Part shown: positions 12,163 to 24,401 of the stretch, in pieces | How positions within the stretch are numbered: the first letter of the stretch is position 1 | How the letters are laid out: each line of letters begins with the position of its first letter | DNA from: Picochlorum sp. SENEW3 | Lineage: Eukaryota | Reading direction: 5' to 3' | Assembly (NCBI GenBank): GCA_034226945.1 | Contig: CP120459.1 | Span: 682,001-746,000 of the forward strand | DNA: 64,000 nt | Translations under genes and position numbers: made by a program | The notes under the pieces: generated by a model | Told to the model about the DNA's origin: nothing | Databases searched by the model: none | What the model saw: the letters and a program-made list of their open reading frames with translations, nothing else

Positions 12163-14092
12163 ATGCATTCTCGAGTCTACCACAGGCCCACGCCTTTGCA
12201 AGGTGTGGCAAGGACCTCTACGCCTCATATTCAAAGACGCTTCTGCGGCACTGATCCTCAGTTTCGATCGATCAGAATGATCGATTCTACAATAATTGTG
12301 TATTCAAGTTATGGAAATGAAAATGTCTCTGTCAGGACAAAGTTAGGGGTCGACAAGAACAGTTTTGACTCTGTCCTCAAATGTACGTGGACTGCGTCTG
12401 TGCTTCAACTTTGGATACTTGAGCGATCTCGTATTAAGATGTATTTTTCTCCGTGCAGCATTGTGTGAGAAGAGTCAGTACGGAGAAGCCTGGAGTTTAT
12501 ACAGAGATTCCAGTGACTGGCTTGCATTTTTAAGTTATAACACCCTCCAGAACTTGCTATCTCAATGTCTCAGGAATAGAAATTTTGCAGCTGCTGTTAC
12601 TGTATTTGAAGATATGAAAATGACGGGATTCAGACCAAATAAAGTGACGTTTTCCATGCTGATCAGTGGACTTGCGAAGCATAGAAGGAGGGGGTCGGGT
12701 TTCAGAGAGCTTGGATACAAGTATTGGAGAGAATTGCGGGCAATGCATGGCAATTTAGATCCTGCAGCTCTTAGAATAGGTATGCAGGCGTGCGTTGGAG
12801 TAGGAAAATTCGATGAGGCGGAAGAGATTTTGAATTTATTAGAAGAAAGGGATGCAGCAGCAGACATTAGGACGTACAATATTCTCATCAATGGATATGC
12901 AAAAAAGAGAGACACTTCAGCGATAGAGTCATTGTTTGATAAGATGAGAGTATCTGGAGTAAAGCCTTCAATAACAACTTACAATGCACTAATATCATCC
13001 CATGCAAAAAGAGGGAGGATGGGAGAGGCTGTCAGGTGCTTGGAGCGTGCTGAGTCCGATGGAATCGCAGCAGATGCCTGGACGTATACAATCATAATGA
13101 AGGGTCATATAAATAATGGTGATTTCTATCAGGCGAAACAGACATGGCGTCAGATGGTTGAATCAGGAGTGAAGCCAACCCTTGTCTCCTTCTCAGTGAT
13201 GATTGACTGTGCCATAGGAGAGGGTGATATGGCTCATGCCGAGAGATTACTGAGTCAAATGATTGAGCAGGGGGGCCATCCTTCTGAAGTTACATTCAAT
13301 TCGATTCTGAGAGCGTATGTTGCTGACAATTCCTTGGAGTCACTACACAAAGCTGTCAGGGTCTTGGATCAGATGCAAGATTCTGGAGTGATTCCTTCGA
13401 CAGACACCCTCAACATGCTCATGTCCGCAACTGTATCAGCAGAACAAAGTGCGCTGGCTGAGAAGGTGTACGATCGAATGCAAGAGATGGGGCAGTATGC
13501 TGATGGATACACCTATACGATTTTGATCCAGGCTTATGCAAGACAGGGGCGATTGCCAGATGCTGTGACAGCTTTTGAAAATCTTTCGAAAGACCCCCAC
13601 GCTATCGTAGATATAGCAGCTTATAATGCAATGGTGGATGCATTTGCCCGTTCCGGAGAAATGCAAGCCGCAGAGAAGATGCTAGACGCGACTTGTACAT
13701 TTGCATCTGAGACAAACACAGAGCCTCCTGTGGAGGCGTTTGGAGCAGTAGTAGCAGGATATGTTAGACTTAAGATGGTTAATGCTGCAGTCAAAACCGT
13801 AAGGAGATTTCATTCCATCGGCGGCCAACCCGATGTGCAAATGTTAGATCAGTTGATAGACCTCTGCGTTCGAACTGGAGACTACAAGGTAGCAATGCAA
13901 GCCGTGAGAGCAATGGAGCTTGTAGGAGCAGAAGTAGATAAAGAAAAGTATAAAACAATGATTACCCGCCTCGAAGAAAAATCTCGTGCGCGCCGTTCAA
14001 ATCAGTCAAAGTTGGAAGAAAAGAATTCATCAAAAGTGTACATGGAGCGATTTAAATTCTGGTTGGGACTCCCAAATTCGTATTACCAGTAA
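12163..14092 (+). CDS. P-class pentatricopeptide repeat protein, organelle-targeted
   Basis: Many 35-aa repeats ('TYNILINGYAK', 'TYNALISSHAK', 'AYNAMVDAFAR'). An intron at about 12383-12458 joins the two ORFs. Confidence 0.93.
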
Positions 14093-14101
14093 AACCGTGC
14101 A

Positions 14102-14960
14102 TCATGAGATATCCGAATTTATTATTTTATTCGCATATTGAAGTCCTTTTTCAACATCTTGAGGCAGAAACCCATACGAGTTAAGCTGTCTGAGCAGTTG
14201 CTTTCCATCACACATTCCTAGCCCGAGGTATTCACACAAAAGCTCCCTCCGCCAAGTCACGTTATCGCCCTGCATACCAAAATCACAATAATCCATATCA
14301 TACGGATTCCAAAGGTATTCCACGTACCCGTTGATGCATAGGTGCCACCACACCGTGAGATATCAAATATTCCCTAGAAAACACATTCTCTCGTCTACTC
14401 TTCCTGCTCCGCCTAATAGCTGCCTGTATCGCAGCTGAACTAGCATGCTCCACCCCAACATCTCCAATATCTTTATACTTTTTGTTAACACGTGATTGAG
14501 CTGAAGCCACAGGGATAAAAGCGTGCCAGCAGCCATCAACACGCCTATCAATCTCATTTCGAGCCTGCCTTCCCGCAACATCCGGATCCAGTAACAGTAT
14601 GATTCTCTTATACACTGTACCAAGATGCTGCAACTCCCCAATCAAATCACTATCACCTGCTCTTGTAGCACTCCCAAGCACATACACATCCACATCTAAA
14701 AACGCTCGTATCCTCCTCATATCATTCACCCCTTCAACCACAATCAACACCCCAGCAAGTGCCCTCTTCCTCTCTCCCGACTGAACCCCTCTTTTGTCCA
14801 TTGAACACACACATGTATTATCATATCGAGATTCCCAGGCCATTGTCCTTCTAGGCATTGGTCCACGCAAATAGAATTTGCTTCTCCTAGTCCCATGCAC
14901 TGCTGAGACCTGACCGGAGGCAATGCTTATAAAAGCCTGACAACTACGTATTCTACTCAT
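14102..14960 (-). CDS. rnmV: Ribonuclease M5 (5S rRNA maturase, Toprim) homologue with N-terminal presequence
   Basis: Motifs 'IVVEGVND', 'LLDPDVAGRQAR', 'GCWHAFIP', 'GVEHAS'. After a 58-nt intron (14327-14270) comes 'RRELLCEYLGLGMCDGKQLLRQLNSYG', colinear with recalled Bacillus RnmV. Confidence 0.85.
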
Positions 14961-15138
14961 AGATATGGCAATGTATTCACACTGACCCGGGCATCGAAGG
15001 GAATACTTCTTTTCCAATCCTGATGGCCTCGTGGGAAGATCCCAAGATGGCCAGGTCCATCAACATCTTTTCAATACACGCAGCAAAGGCTCACCATCTC
15101 CTTAGAAATACAATCATATAAATTAAAGGATTCAAGCC

Positions 15139-16006
15139 ATGAAGGCCCTATATCGCCTGGGTTTCCTCCTCCGAGAGACCGGGCAAGCACTTGATACACT
15201 AGGGTGCAAGTTACAGGGAAATTATTCTTATTTAGAGCAGCGTACGTGTTTTTATGGACAACTACCTGTACAGTAATGTATCAAAGTTCGCAAAAGGGAG
15301 AAGAAGAGGTATGCATCTTCAGCGACTGACAAGTAAGGGCGTGGTTCTTTTTTCGCAGTGAATCGCGCCAGGCCCGTGATGAATCTGTACGATAAGGTAC
15401 CAGATCTGGGTAAAAATGTTTTTGTAGCACCTAACGCCCTCGTGTCAGGTCGTGTTCGAGTTGGGAACAATTCCTCAATCTTTTACGGGGCTGTTGTTCG
15501 AGGTATGCGCTCACGTTCTTTGATGATTAGATCTCAGTTCAGTGTCTAATGTACACAATTCACGCGCAGGGGATAAAGGATCGATATCTGTGGGCGAGAA
15601 CACAAACATTCAGGACGGAACTACCGTCAGTACACACTCCAGCAGGCTTGGTGGCCATGTGCAAAACACATCGATCGGGTCAAACGTGACCATTGGTCAC
15701 CAAGCTAGCCTGCATGGGTGTATTATTGAAGATGAAGCCTTGATTGGAATGGGTGCGACGTTGTTGGAAGGCTCGAGAGTCGAAAAAGGAGCCATGGTGG
15801 CAGCAGGTGCCATTGTTCAGCCTGGGACCATAGTGCCAGCTGGGGAGATTTGGGGTGGTGCTCCAGCAAAGCACCTGAGGGCTTTGAAACCTGAAGAGAA
15901 GTCATTCTTGGCCGAATCAGCAGAGCATTATGTGAATGTTGCTGCCGTGCATTTGGAGCAGACAAACAAGAGTCTTTTGGATATTGCAAAGTCAAAGGGA
16001 TTGTAA
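15139..16006 (+). CDS. Mitochondrial gamma-carbonic anhydrase (complex I subunit)
   Basis: N-terminus 'LYRLGFLLRETGQALDTLGCKLQG' and hexapeptide repeats 'TNIQDG', 'VTIGHQASLHGC', 'WGGAPAK'; three exons. Confidence 0.92.
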
Positions 16007-16263
16007 CACACGTTTCTACCACCAAGCTCTGTGAAAGTACTGGTAGTATCGATATCTACGGCTTTGCGAGCCTACTACTATCATGAGATGACTCTGGTGA
16101 TGGATCATGATTGCTCTGTCTTAGCCCATGCATGGGATGCTTTGCATCTCGACCAGGTCATCAACCGAATGCACTTGGTTGTTGCGTAGCAACCCTCGAT
16201 GTCATAATTTTTTCAAATAATTCTAGTTGTTGTAATGATAGGTTTTGTTCTCACATTGAGCCA

Positions 16264-18648
16264 ATGAGAGAACATCACCGCAGAACAGAAGGCAGTGTTG
16301 CCTCAGAGGGACCGAGTCACGGGGAATGGTCTTTGCCACGAGAGAATTCAATAGCATCATCTCCAAATATTGATTATTTTGATGACGAAACACCTCGGCA
16401 TAGTATGGAATTAGATAGGCTCGTGTCTTGGGTTCCCCCAGCGTCGCCCGTTGGGAACAGAAAGACGAGGTCCCGTGCTGGCCCTTTCATACCACGAACA
16501 GATTCCTTGAAAGAGTCAAAGGTACTATAATAATTATGATAACATTTCCAAGGGGGTTTCTGGCCAAATATGGGTCTGCCCCAGGGGTGGTTGTGTTGCG
16601 TTGCGTTGGTTGTTACGGCGTCGTTGCAATTGACGAGTGCGTATGTTTCTGTGTTGTAGGTTTTAATGGTGACTGGTATGCGTCGAACAGAAAGCATTAT
16701 AGAACCGGAATTATTCCACTATCACGACCATTTTGAATTTCTCGGATTGATTGGGGAGACACAGACGAGCGAAGTGTTTCGGGTGAAGCAGCGTCAGAGC
16801 GGTGAGGTGTTTGCGGTCAAGCGTTCTAGAAAGAGATTCAGGAGTAAATTGCAGCGGGAAAGGTGCTTGAGAGAAATTCAGGCAGTTGCGGCGTTGCCAG
16901 CGCATGATAACATTGTTGCTCAGTACAGGGCTTGGCAGGAGGTGTGTGTGCTTTTCCTCTTCTTTCTTGCCGTAGCAGGCGCTTTGTGGAATTTTATGAA
17001 CTTTATGAATTGAGATATGCACGTATTGCAGGGCGGACATTTTTATATTCAAATGGATTATTGCGATGGAGGTAAGCTGCATGATGTATTGCATAGTGGA
17101 GGAGTTGACCTGAATCTTGGAGGAGAAGCATTGTGGAAGGTTGCCTTTGATGTGGCCAAAGGTCTATCTTTTCTACATGCAAACAATGTGTTACACTTGG
17201 ATATCAAACCGGAGAATCTATACAGAAAAGTTGAAAAGGATGGCTCATTTGGATCTTGGAAGATTGGAGATTTTGGTCTGGCCATTGGGAAAGAGACCAA
17301 GGACTGGGAAGAAGGGGACGGTGATTATGTTGCTCCAGAGTTGTTGAAGTCTGGATCAGAACCCTTGCCATCTGCGGACGTATTCAGCCTCGGCGCTACA
17401 ATATTTGAATGTGCTACAGGAAAAAAGCTTCCGAGAAAAGATGGGCTGCCTCAGTTTGATGTACATGACCTCCATGGAGATACAGATTTGGAACTTCTTT
17501 TGAAATCAATGACCTTGAAAGATCCTTTTGAGCGCCCCACGGCGGTACAGGTGATGGAATTTTCAAAGTTTATGTTGCAGCAGGAGAGTGTAGATGCCCC
17601 TGTGATGAATGAGAAGAAAAAACTGCCATCTCTCTCGCCAACAGAATCTCAGCGAGCAATCAATGCAGAGATTGTGTCAAAATTAAATGATTGTGAGCCA
17701 GATCAAGCAGAAGATGCTAACCCATGCACTGAATTTGAAGCTCGGGGGGTCAAATTCCGATTGCCAATGCTCAAAATTCCACAACCACCATCGTACTCAA
17801 ATCCGAACACATCGAGAACGAATGATACGTCAGGTAGCTTTAGAATAAGAAAAAGAGACCCTAATATCACTCCAGGTAGAGATATTTTGCCATCAACCTC
17901 AGATTCTGAAGCATATAGTTTTGGTGACACACTCGGTTCAATGTCAGACATGGAATATCCAGATATTCTGTCACCAAAGTCACACAGACAGCACAGTTTT
18001 GGTCCCTTATCATCTAGACTGTTACAAGGAGCTGGAAGTTTGAATTTCGACATGAGCAATTCACCAGACGTAGCACTCAGCAACCAATCCTCACCTGCGA
18101 GAGGCAAAATCAAAACAAGACTCGATATTAGCCAGAAAGACGTAGACGAATCAGTGCAGTCCCTCTCAGGACGTACAACAGGACGCAGTACTTCGGGAGC
18201 ACCAGTGATATCAGTCTGGAACGAGTTTGGGGACCAAGAGAAGCCAAGTTCAACCAGAATTTCAGCTCGAGGTGGTGCTTCGTACAAGAGTCCCTTTGAG
18301 GAGCAGCGTGGAGAGAACAAAAACAAGAAGATTCCCAGCCTACATGTTCCTCAGAAAAACTTTGGGAAGAAGCGGCAGCACAGCTCTAGAAAACTCGCTG
18401 TGAACAAGGGTAATAATTCAGATCGAAGCAATGATGTCAGCTCAGCCCGAAGTATTGACAATCTCATGCCTCAGAAGAAAGGTGCCCGTTTCGCACACAT
18501 GGAATTCCATGGCCAGAAAAATATTTCAACAAAGGATGCTGAGAACATAGCACCACTGAAAAATAGGCGGAACAAACGAGATCATTGTCCAGTTGCTATG
18601 GCTGCTCAAATGCACTCCATGACATTGACGGAAGCAAATTCGTTATAA
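16264..18648 (+). CDS. WEE1/MYT1-family CDK-inhibitory kinase with a long C-terminal tail
   Basis: Motifs 'FAVKRSRKRFRSKLQRERCLREI', 'AWQEGGHFYIQM', 'HLDIKPEN', 'IGDFGLA', 'EEGDGDYVAPE'; two introns. Confidence 0.8.
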
Positions 18649-18683
18649 TCAACCATGCAGAAATAAAATTCAATACATCTATT

Positions 18684-19097
18684 CTACGTATTTTGTGTAA
18701 ATACCATCTTCCCACTGGTACCATCAGAGAAGAGACACGGATGCTGTTTGGGAAACATGGCTCTCCCACAAAGCAAGGCAAGTGGAACAATGTAAACTCC
18801 CTTGCCGGCGTCATCCCACTGGTGATGAGCAAATTCTATGCAGCATCGACCTTTGGGAATTCGTTCCAGTCGTCCTTCCTCTATTCTACCCCAGTCTCCG
18901 TCGATCCCCACAATTCTACCGACCCTGGTTTTGCTTGGGTTGGTAGGGGACTTGAGCAGCACAACATCGCCGCGCTTATACTTGTGCAGTACTTTATATG
19001 AAAACTTATCAAATACTATAATATCTTTTCCGACAAATTTCAACGTGGCAAACAAATCATGGAACACATATGCGCAAGGCACCCATTTCAAAAGCAT
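18684..19097 (-). CDS. Mitochondrial inner membrane peptidase (IMP1/IMP2)-like protein, catalytically degenerate
   Basis: Motifs 'YKRGDVVLLKSPTNP', 'RIVGIDGDW', 'IPKGRCCIE', 'VPLALLCGRA'. The GxSMxP box and the catalytic Lys are absent. Confidence 0.7.
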   Translation of the reverse strand: MLLKWVPCAYVFHDLFATLKFVGKDIIVFDKFSYKVLHKYKRGDVVLLKSPTNPSKTRVGRIVGIDGDWGRIEEGRLERIPKGRCCIEFAHHQWDDAGKGVYIVPLALLCGRAMFPKQHPCLFSDGTSGKMVFTQNT

Positions 19098-19152
19098 GAC
19101 TACTTTCTTTTGCGAAACTTCACAGCCGCACGCGACAAACGTATGGTATTCC

Positions 19153-19933
19153 TTATGTATGGTTATTTTCTACTTCTGATGCCTTGAGCAATTTCTTAAG
19201 GGAATCCATGGTGGCCTTTTTCGGTTCGGAATTCGACCTCTTACTCTTCTTGTACAATGCTGCCAGGGCCTTGGAATCCATCAAACTGCCGACATTCCTC
19301 ATGGACAATGTTATCGGTTTCGGTGTATCATGCTCCACCCAATGTCTTCGCTTTAAATTCGATTTGATTGGCTGCTCAGCTTGTTCGCCAAATGAAACCA
19401 TGCCATGTGCATCCTTGTCATCCGTCTCTCTGTGAGTAGTTTTCTTCCGTTGATCTCTCTTTCTCAAGAATTCCTTTTTCCTTGCTTTTGATCGCTTTCC
19501 TTCCTTCTCTCCCTCCACAGGGCGAGTAGTCGTCTCTTTCTGTACGCGAGCATTGTTGCCCTCGGCAGGTGCATTACCACGACCATTCTTTCTTCCTTTT
19601 TTTTCTTCAACTGGTGTCCCACCACCAGGAGGGACATGCTCTTTCTTCGCCCCGTGCTTCATCGAAAGCATTTTGCGCATACTATCTGTCATATATGCAT
19701 CCCCATCATTACCCGCCACGCCTCCATTCTTTTGCTTTTGCTTCTTGTTCTTCCCATCTTTGGTCATGCCCTCCTCCAAAGCAAACGGAGCCCGCCTCAT
19801 ACTCTACACACATCATACACCATCGTCATACCAACATCCATCTCATATAGAAGATTGAATCACATACCTTCTTCTCATACTGCGCCTCTAACTGGCGGGA
19901 ACGCCTTTTCCTCTTCTTCCCTCCAGATGGCAT
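19153..19933 (-). CDS. Basic coiled-coil nucleolar protein, CCDC137-like
   Basis: Lys/Arg-rich with the motif 'VSFGEQAEQP'. First exon MPSGGKKRKRRSR from ATG 19933. Confidence 0.55.
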
Positions 19934-20224
19934 GCTGTAATGTGTTCTGTTTCTCTTCCACCCCTCGTCAACGCCAATGTCCTTCCTCCACCATGACATA
20001 AATTTTACTAGGAACCAAAATATAAATATAATAATGCCTATCGATGTATCGCCTTGTGATCTTTGTTGGTATACTCATCTACATTCCAAAACTCTACTTG
20101 GAATGGATGATCCAGCCTGGAACAAAAGCTTGCTATCTTCTGTTGTTGATCCCTTGTATTAAAACGAATTATATTTTTAATTGCAGCACATACGATACAA
20201 TCTGAAACGAATCTTGTACACAGA

Positions 20225-20869
20225 ATGAAAGCTCGTGGTATCCCACTGACCTGCACAAAATTACAGGGTGTTCAACGATGCAGACCCTACGCCAGAAGAC
20301 CAGTCATCACACTTGCATCTTCTCAGATACAAGGAGCTGGTGCATCAGGGTACGCAGTAGGACAAGGTCTTCGCCCAACATCACCCAAGGCTTGGGAGAT
20401 GATCTCCACAGAATTGCGAAAAAATAAGCTCAAATTCGCAAGTGTATCTGATGCGAAGAAGAGGAATGTTGTAGTGGTTGATATTAGACCAAAGGGAGAG
20501 TACGATAAGGGTCACGTGCCAGGTTCAGTCAATGTGGAATTCTTCCAATTGATTCAAGGCTGGGATCCAGTGAGGGTGGCCCGAAGAGCTGTGTATGCAT
20601 TCTTTGGGGTCATGAATGGCACAGAATTCAATCCTAATTTCTTTGATGATTTTGAAAAGGCACTTGCAGGGGACAAGAGAAGGGAAATTATTGTGTATTG
20701 CAGTATTGGAGGGAGCCTGGATCCCTCGGGTCCAAGCGAATTCGGCAGGCAGAGCAGATCTCTGACGGCGGCATATGAACTTATTCGAGCAGGTTACAAA
20801 AAAGTCAGCGTCCTGGACGGTGGCATGTCAGGTTGGATGAAAAGTGGTCAAGACTTTGAAATGAATTAA
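20225..20869 (+). CDS. Plastid rhodanese-like domain protein
   Basis: Transit peptide, then 'VDIRPKGEYDKGHVPGSVNV', 'IIVYCSIGG', 'GRQSRSL.AAYEL', 'LDGGMSGW'. Confidence 0.88.
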   Translation: MKARGIPLTCTKLQGVQRCRPYARRPVITLASSQIQGAGASGYAVGQGLRPTSPKAWEMISTELRKNKLKFASVSDAKKRNVVVVDIRPKGEYDKGHVPGSVNVEFFQLIQGWDPVRVARRAVYAFFGVMNGTEFNPNFFDDFEKALAGDKRREIIVYCSIGGSLDPSGPSEFGRQSRSLTAAYELIRAGYKKVSVLDGGMSGWMKSGQDFEMN

Positions 20870-20912
20870 ATGCTCTTAATCTGCACAGAAAAGTTTGTAT
20901 CAAACACAATAT

Positions 20913-21658
20913 TCAATGCGCCATGCTTTCATCACATACCTTTTTAGTATTAGTAATCTCCAGAGAATTCACAATCTGTCGCGTCGAATAGGCAAGCACA
21001 AGCCCAGGGATCACAATCCACAGGGCATTCAGAGTCACAAAGTATCCCCAAAAGTACAATGGCTCTGGTCTCGCATGAATAAAGTCTTCCAAATAGCATG
21101 TTCCATAATACAATATATCGCCATATATCTGGCACACGGACAAGATGGCCATCAGGGGATACTTCCATGATTTATGCTGCAGAATACCAAATACAGCAGC
21201 AAAGCACATTGGCCCAACCATGAATGCCGTTACTGCTTCCATGCTAATAATGAAGGAATCACGAGTCGCATATCTAGAGTCAGCCTTTGTATACTCTTTC
21301 CCTGCAACATGGAATAAGAAAAGACAGTATATTGGTATATTCCTTACAGGTAGCACACAGCATTCGACATACATGCTTCCGAGAGGTAATTATCCGCAGG
21401 ATGTTGATAATAATCTGGTGTCACAACAACATATCCCTCAATCACCATATGGATAGCCGCTGTGACCATCAACCAGCAGGAAATAACACGCTCCACAGTT
21501 GAAATGTTTCTTCCTCCACCCGACAGAGCCCACGTGCCTCCCACGAGGGACACAACACAGAATCCAAATACCATGAAAATATATATTGCTGGTATGGTCA
21601 TTTCATGATATCCAGTCAATCGAAGACCGATGGGAAAGAACGGATGTTTATACGACAT
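20913..21658 (-). CDS. HYD1: 3-beta-hydroxysteroid delta8-delta7 isomerase (EBP family)
   Basis: Motifs 'IHMVIEGY', 'W|KEYTKADSRY', 'MEAVTA', 'PLYFWGYFV..NALWIVIP'; one intron. Confidence 0.9.
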
Positions 21659-21912
21659 TTTGAAAGTCAATCAGGACTGATTCAGCCTTTTCAACAACAA
21701 CAGTCCTATCAGATAAATAATAAGATGTATATATACCAGATCTGCATGAGAAGAGGCTTTTGTCTCTTCATACGATGGATCTTGATATCAAGCCTTCATG
21801 AAGGGATGGGATGAGATGGCAATGGGAATGTCGGTCAGTATAGAGAATACGCTCATGGTACACAGGCATTCTTACCTAAAAACAAATAGATACTTATTTC
21901 TGACAAGGAAGG

Positions 21913-22961
21913 ATGTCTGAACGGAAGGAGAGAACTCGGGCCTTGTTTAAAAAGGGTCAAAAATGTCTCACTCCTCGTTTTGAAGTCGACTATGGCGGTG
22001 AAGATCGTATCTATTTTGAACTAGGAGAGGTATGAGAGGGTTTGTAAACAAAGGTGATCTAAAACTTGCCAGTCACACGTGAGTTGAGTTGAGCTCTGTT
22101 GCTGTAGGTGATGCGTGCTGAGAAGAGGGTATTGGATGATAATGGGGAAGAATCGATGTATTTTTATCTGATAAAGTTCTCTGGTAGTAAGAAGGCGACT
22201 GAAGTATGGATGGAGGAGCCAGACCTTTTCAAATATGATGTGGATCTGTTGCACGATGTGAGTACAGAAGCAACGCTTGAAGCGAAGAGGAGGGCGTGGA
22301 GAATATACAAGGAGAAGAAGGAGCAGATGCGTATGATTGATGTGCCGGAGCACTTGCGACTGCGGGTTCCTCCCCGTATGAAGAAAGAGCTCTATGATGA
22401 GTATGTTTCTGTGGTGGAATCTGGGCAGATTCTTCCATTGCCGAGGGCACCGACAGTGTCTGACATAGTAGAGAATTGGAACCAAAAGGTGGTAGAGGAG
22501 GTAGAGTCAATGTCTGATGAGACGAGAGAGGCTGTTGCCATAGTGGTGAAGAATCTGTTGGAGTATTTCAACTTGGGGCTGAGGCAGTTTTTGTTGTACC
22601 GAAGCGAGGTGCCTCTGTATGACAAGGTATGTACATGTATATCCTTATATAAACTGTTTCTATATGCATACAGAATACTATAGTGCAACCATACTGCGTG
22701 TAGGTGATTGTTGAAGGGGAAAAGGAACCAGCAGACGTGTATGGTGCTGAGCATTTAGTCAGGCTTTTAGTCAAACTTCCAGAGCTGGTCTGTGTACGGA
22801 TGATGGCACTTCCAGAGAATGCTAAATATATAGTCATGGCAGAAGATGTGATTCAAGATCTCATGAGTTACCTGAGTCAACCAGAGCAGCTTGAAACATT
22901 ATTTGCCCCATCACAAGAATACAAACAATGCTACGAGGTGATGAGCCATATTGCAACATGA
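21913..22961 (+). CDS. MRG15/Eaf3 family chromo-barrel plus MRG domain protein
   Basis: Motifs 'LPLPRAPTVSDI', 'EYFN..L...LLYRSE', 'VYGAEHLVRLLVKLPEL'; three exons from ATG 21913. Confidence 0.88.
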
Positions 22962-23076
22962 CAATGTTACTATGTCTATCCGTTACACAAATATAGAAAA
23001 ATTGTGAAATAACTGCTTTGTTTTTTTTCCACGTGGACCATGTGGTGATGATGACTGCCTATATCTCATGACATGT

Positions 23077-24011
23077 TTATGGCTTGATGACAACCAATGA
23101 CTGTCCTGGTGTCACAGGCTTGCCATTCTCTGCAGTAATCTTCACAACTGTTCCACTCACTTCAGCCTCAATTTCATTCATCAGCTTCATAAGCTCAATG
23201 ATACCAATCGTCTGTCCTTGGGTCACTGTATCCCCCTCATTGATGAATGCTGGCTCTCCTGGAGCTGGAGCTCTGTAGAATGTACCAGCCATTGGAGAAG
23301 CAATCTCCACGCCATCAACTGCCGCTGGTGCAGCGGCTGGCTTTGGAGCTGGTGCTGCTGGAGCTGGTGCTGCTGGAGCCGGTGCAGGTGCCGCTGGTGC
23401 CATCGGTGCTGCTCCCATTGCTGGAAGCTGCATATGAATAATTTGTGGCTCTGCCGCCTCCAGAGCTTCCTTCTTCTTCACAGCGAGTTTGAACTTTTTG
23501 CTATTGACAGAAAGTTCGACAATGTCCGTCTCATTGACCATCCTACAACCACATCCGATACGTTATTAGATCACACATTGTACTATAGAATATATCTCGG
23601 ACGCAATACATCTACATGGATCGAGATGCCCATCCATCTCGAGTGGAGTCAACGACACCAACCCTCTCGGAAGACATGTGAGTCCCACACCGTGCTACCG
23701 TACCTGATGAGATCAGTCAATTCGTCAAAATCAACCATTGGCGTTTCTTTTGCAGACCCATTCACGCTAATCGAGGTGTCTTGCTCTTCCGCTGCTGCTT
23801 TAGGCACAACGCTGCTTGTCTGCGTTTGAGAAGATGGATGTTACTTGTTCGATGCATTGCCCTCTCAAAAACTTGGAATATATTTTATTCTACTCTTGCT
23901 ATGTAATCGTACCTTTCTACCGGCAGACAAGACAGATTTCTTGGGCTGGGCCAAGGGCGTGGGAGGGACGGCACGCCCACGAATGCTCTGGATCGTCGAA
24001 ACAACCTGCAT
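23077..24011 (-). CDS. Plastid acetyl-CoA carboxylase biotin carboxyl carrier protein (BCCP)
   Basis: Transit peptide, Ala/Pro linker, 'SPMAGTFYRAPAPG' and 'IIELMKLMNEIEAE'; three exons. Confidence 0.93.
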
Positions 24012-24401
24012 TTTTCAATATTCGATTAACTTGAAATAGAATGTGTGAGGAATGCCTGCATCACTGACGTTGGGCATCGTATCGGGGCAATAACGGGAGT
24101 GGCCTTATCATCGTGTATCTCGAGAGAGGACCATCGGGTGTTGTATTTGACCGAAGAATATGTACCAATCTCAAGTGCGAGGCTGTTCCTGCTTCAAATC
24201 AAGACATGGTGCTCTGAGCGAATGTATTCATAACGGAATTACAACTGTGTTAGTTACATAATTTAGGTATTCTTGCATGGGGGATCTCGTGTCGTAGGAA
24301 CCAAAGAACAGAATCTCCCTGGTAAGAATTTGAGCCTCGTGGGTCAAACGTATGTTTCCTCTTGAAATCACCATGGCAGCAATTGTTTAGTGCAAGAAAT
24401 T

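Noticed and set aside
17703..18326. Long antisense ORFs (also 8196-8594, 24681-25343, 40283-40918)
   Set aside because: These are shadows of real genes on the opposite strand and have no motifs.
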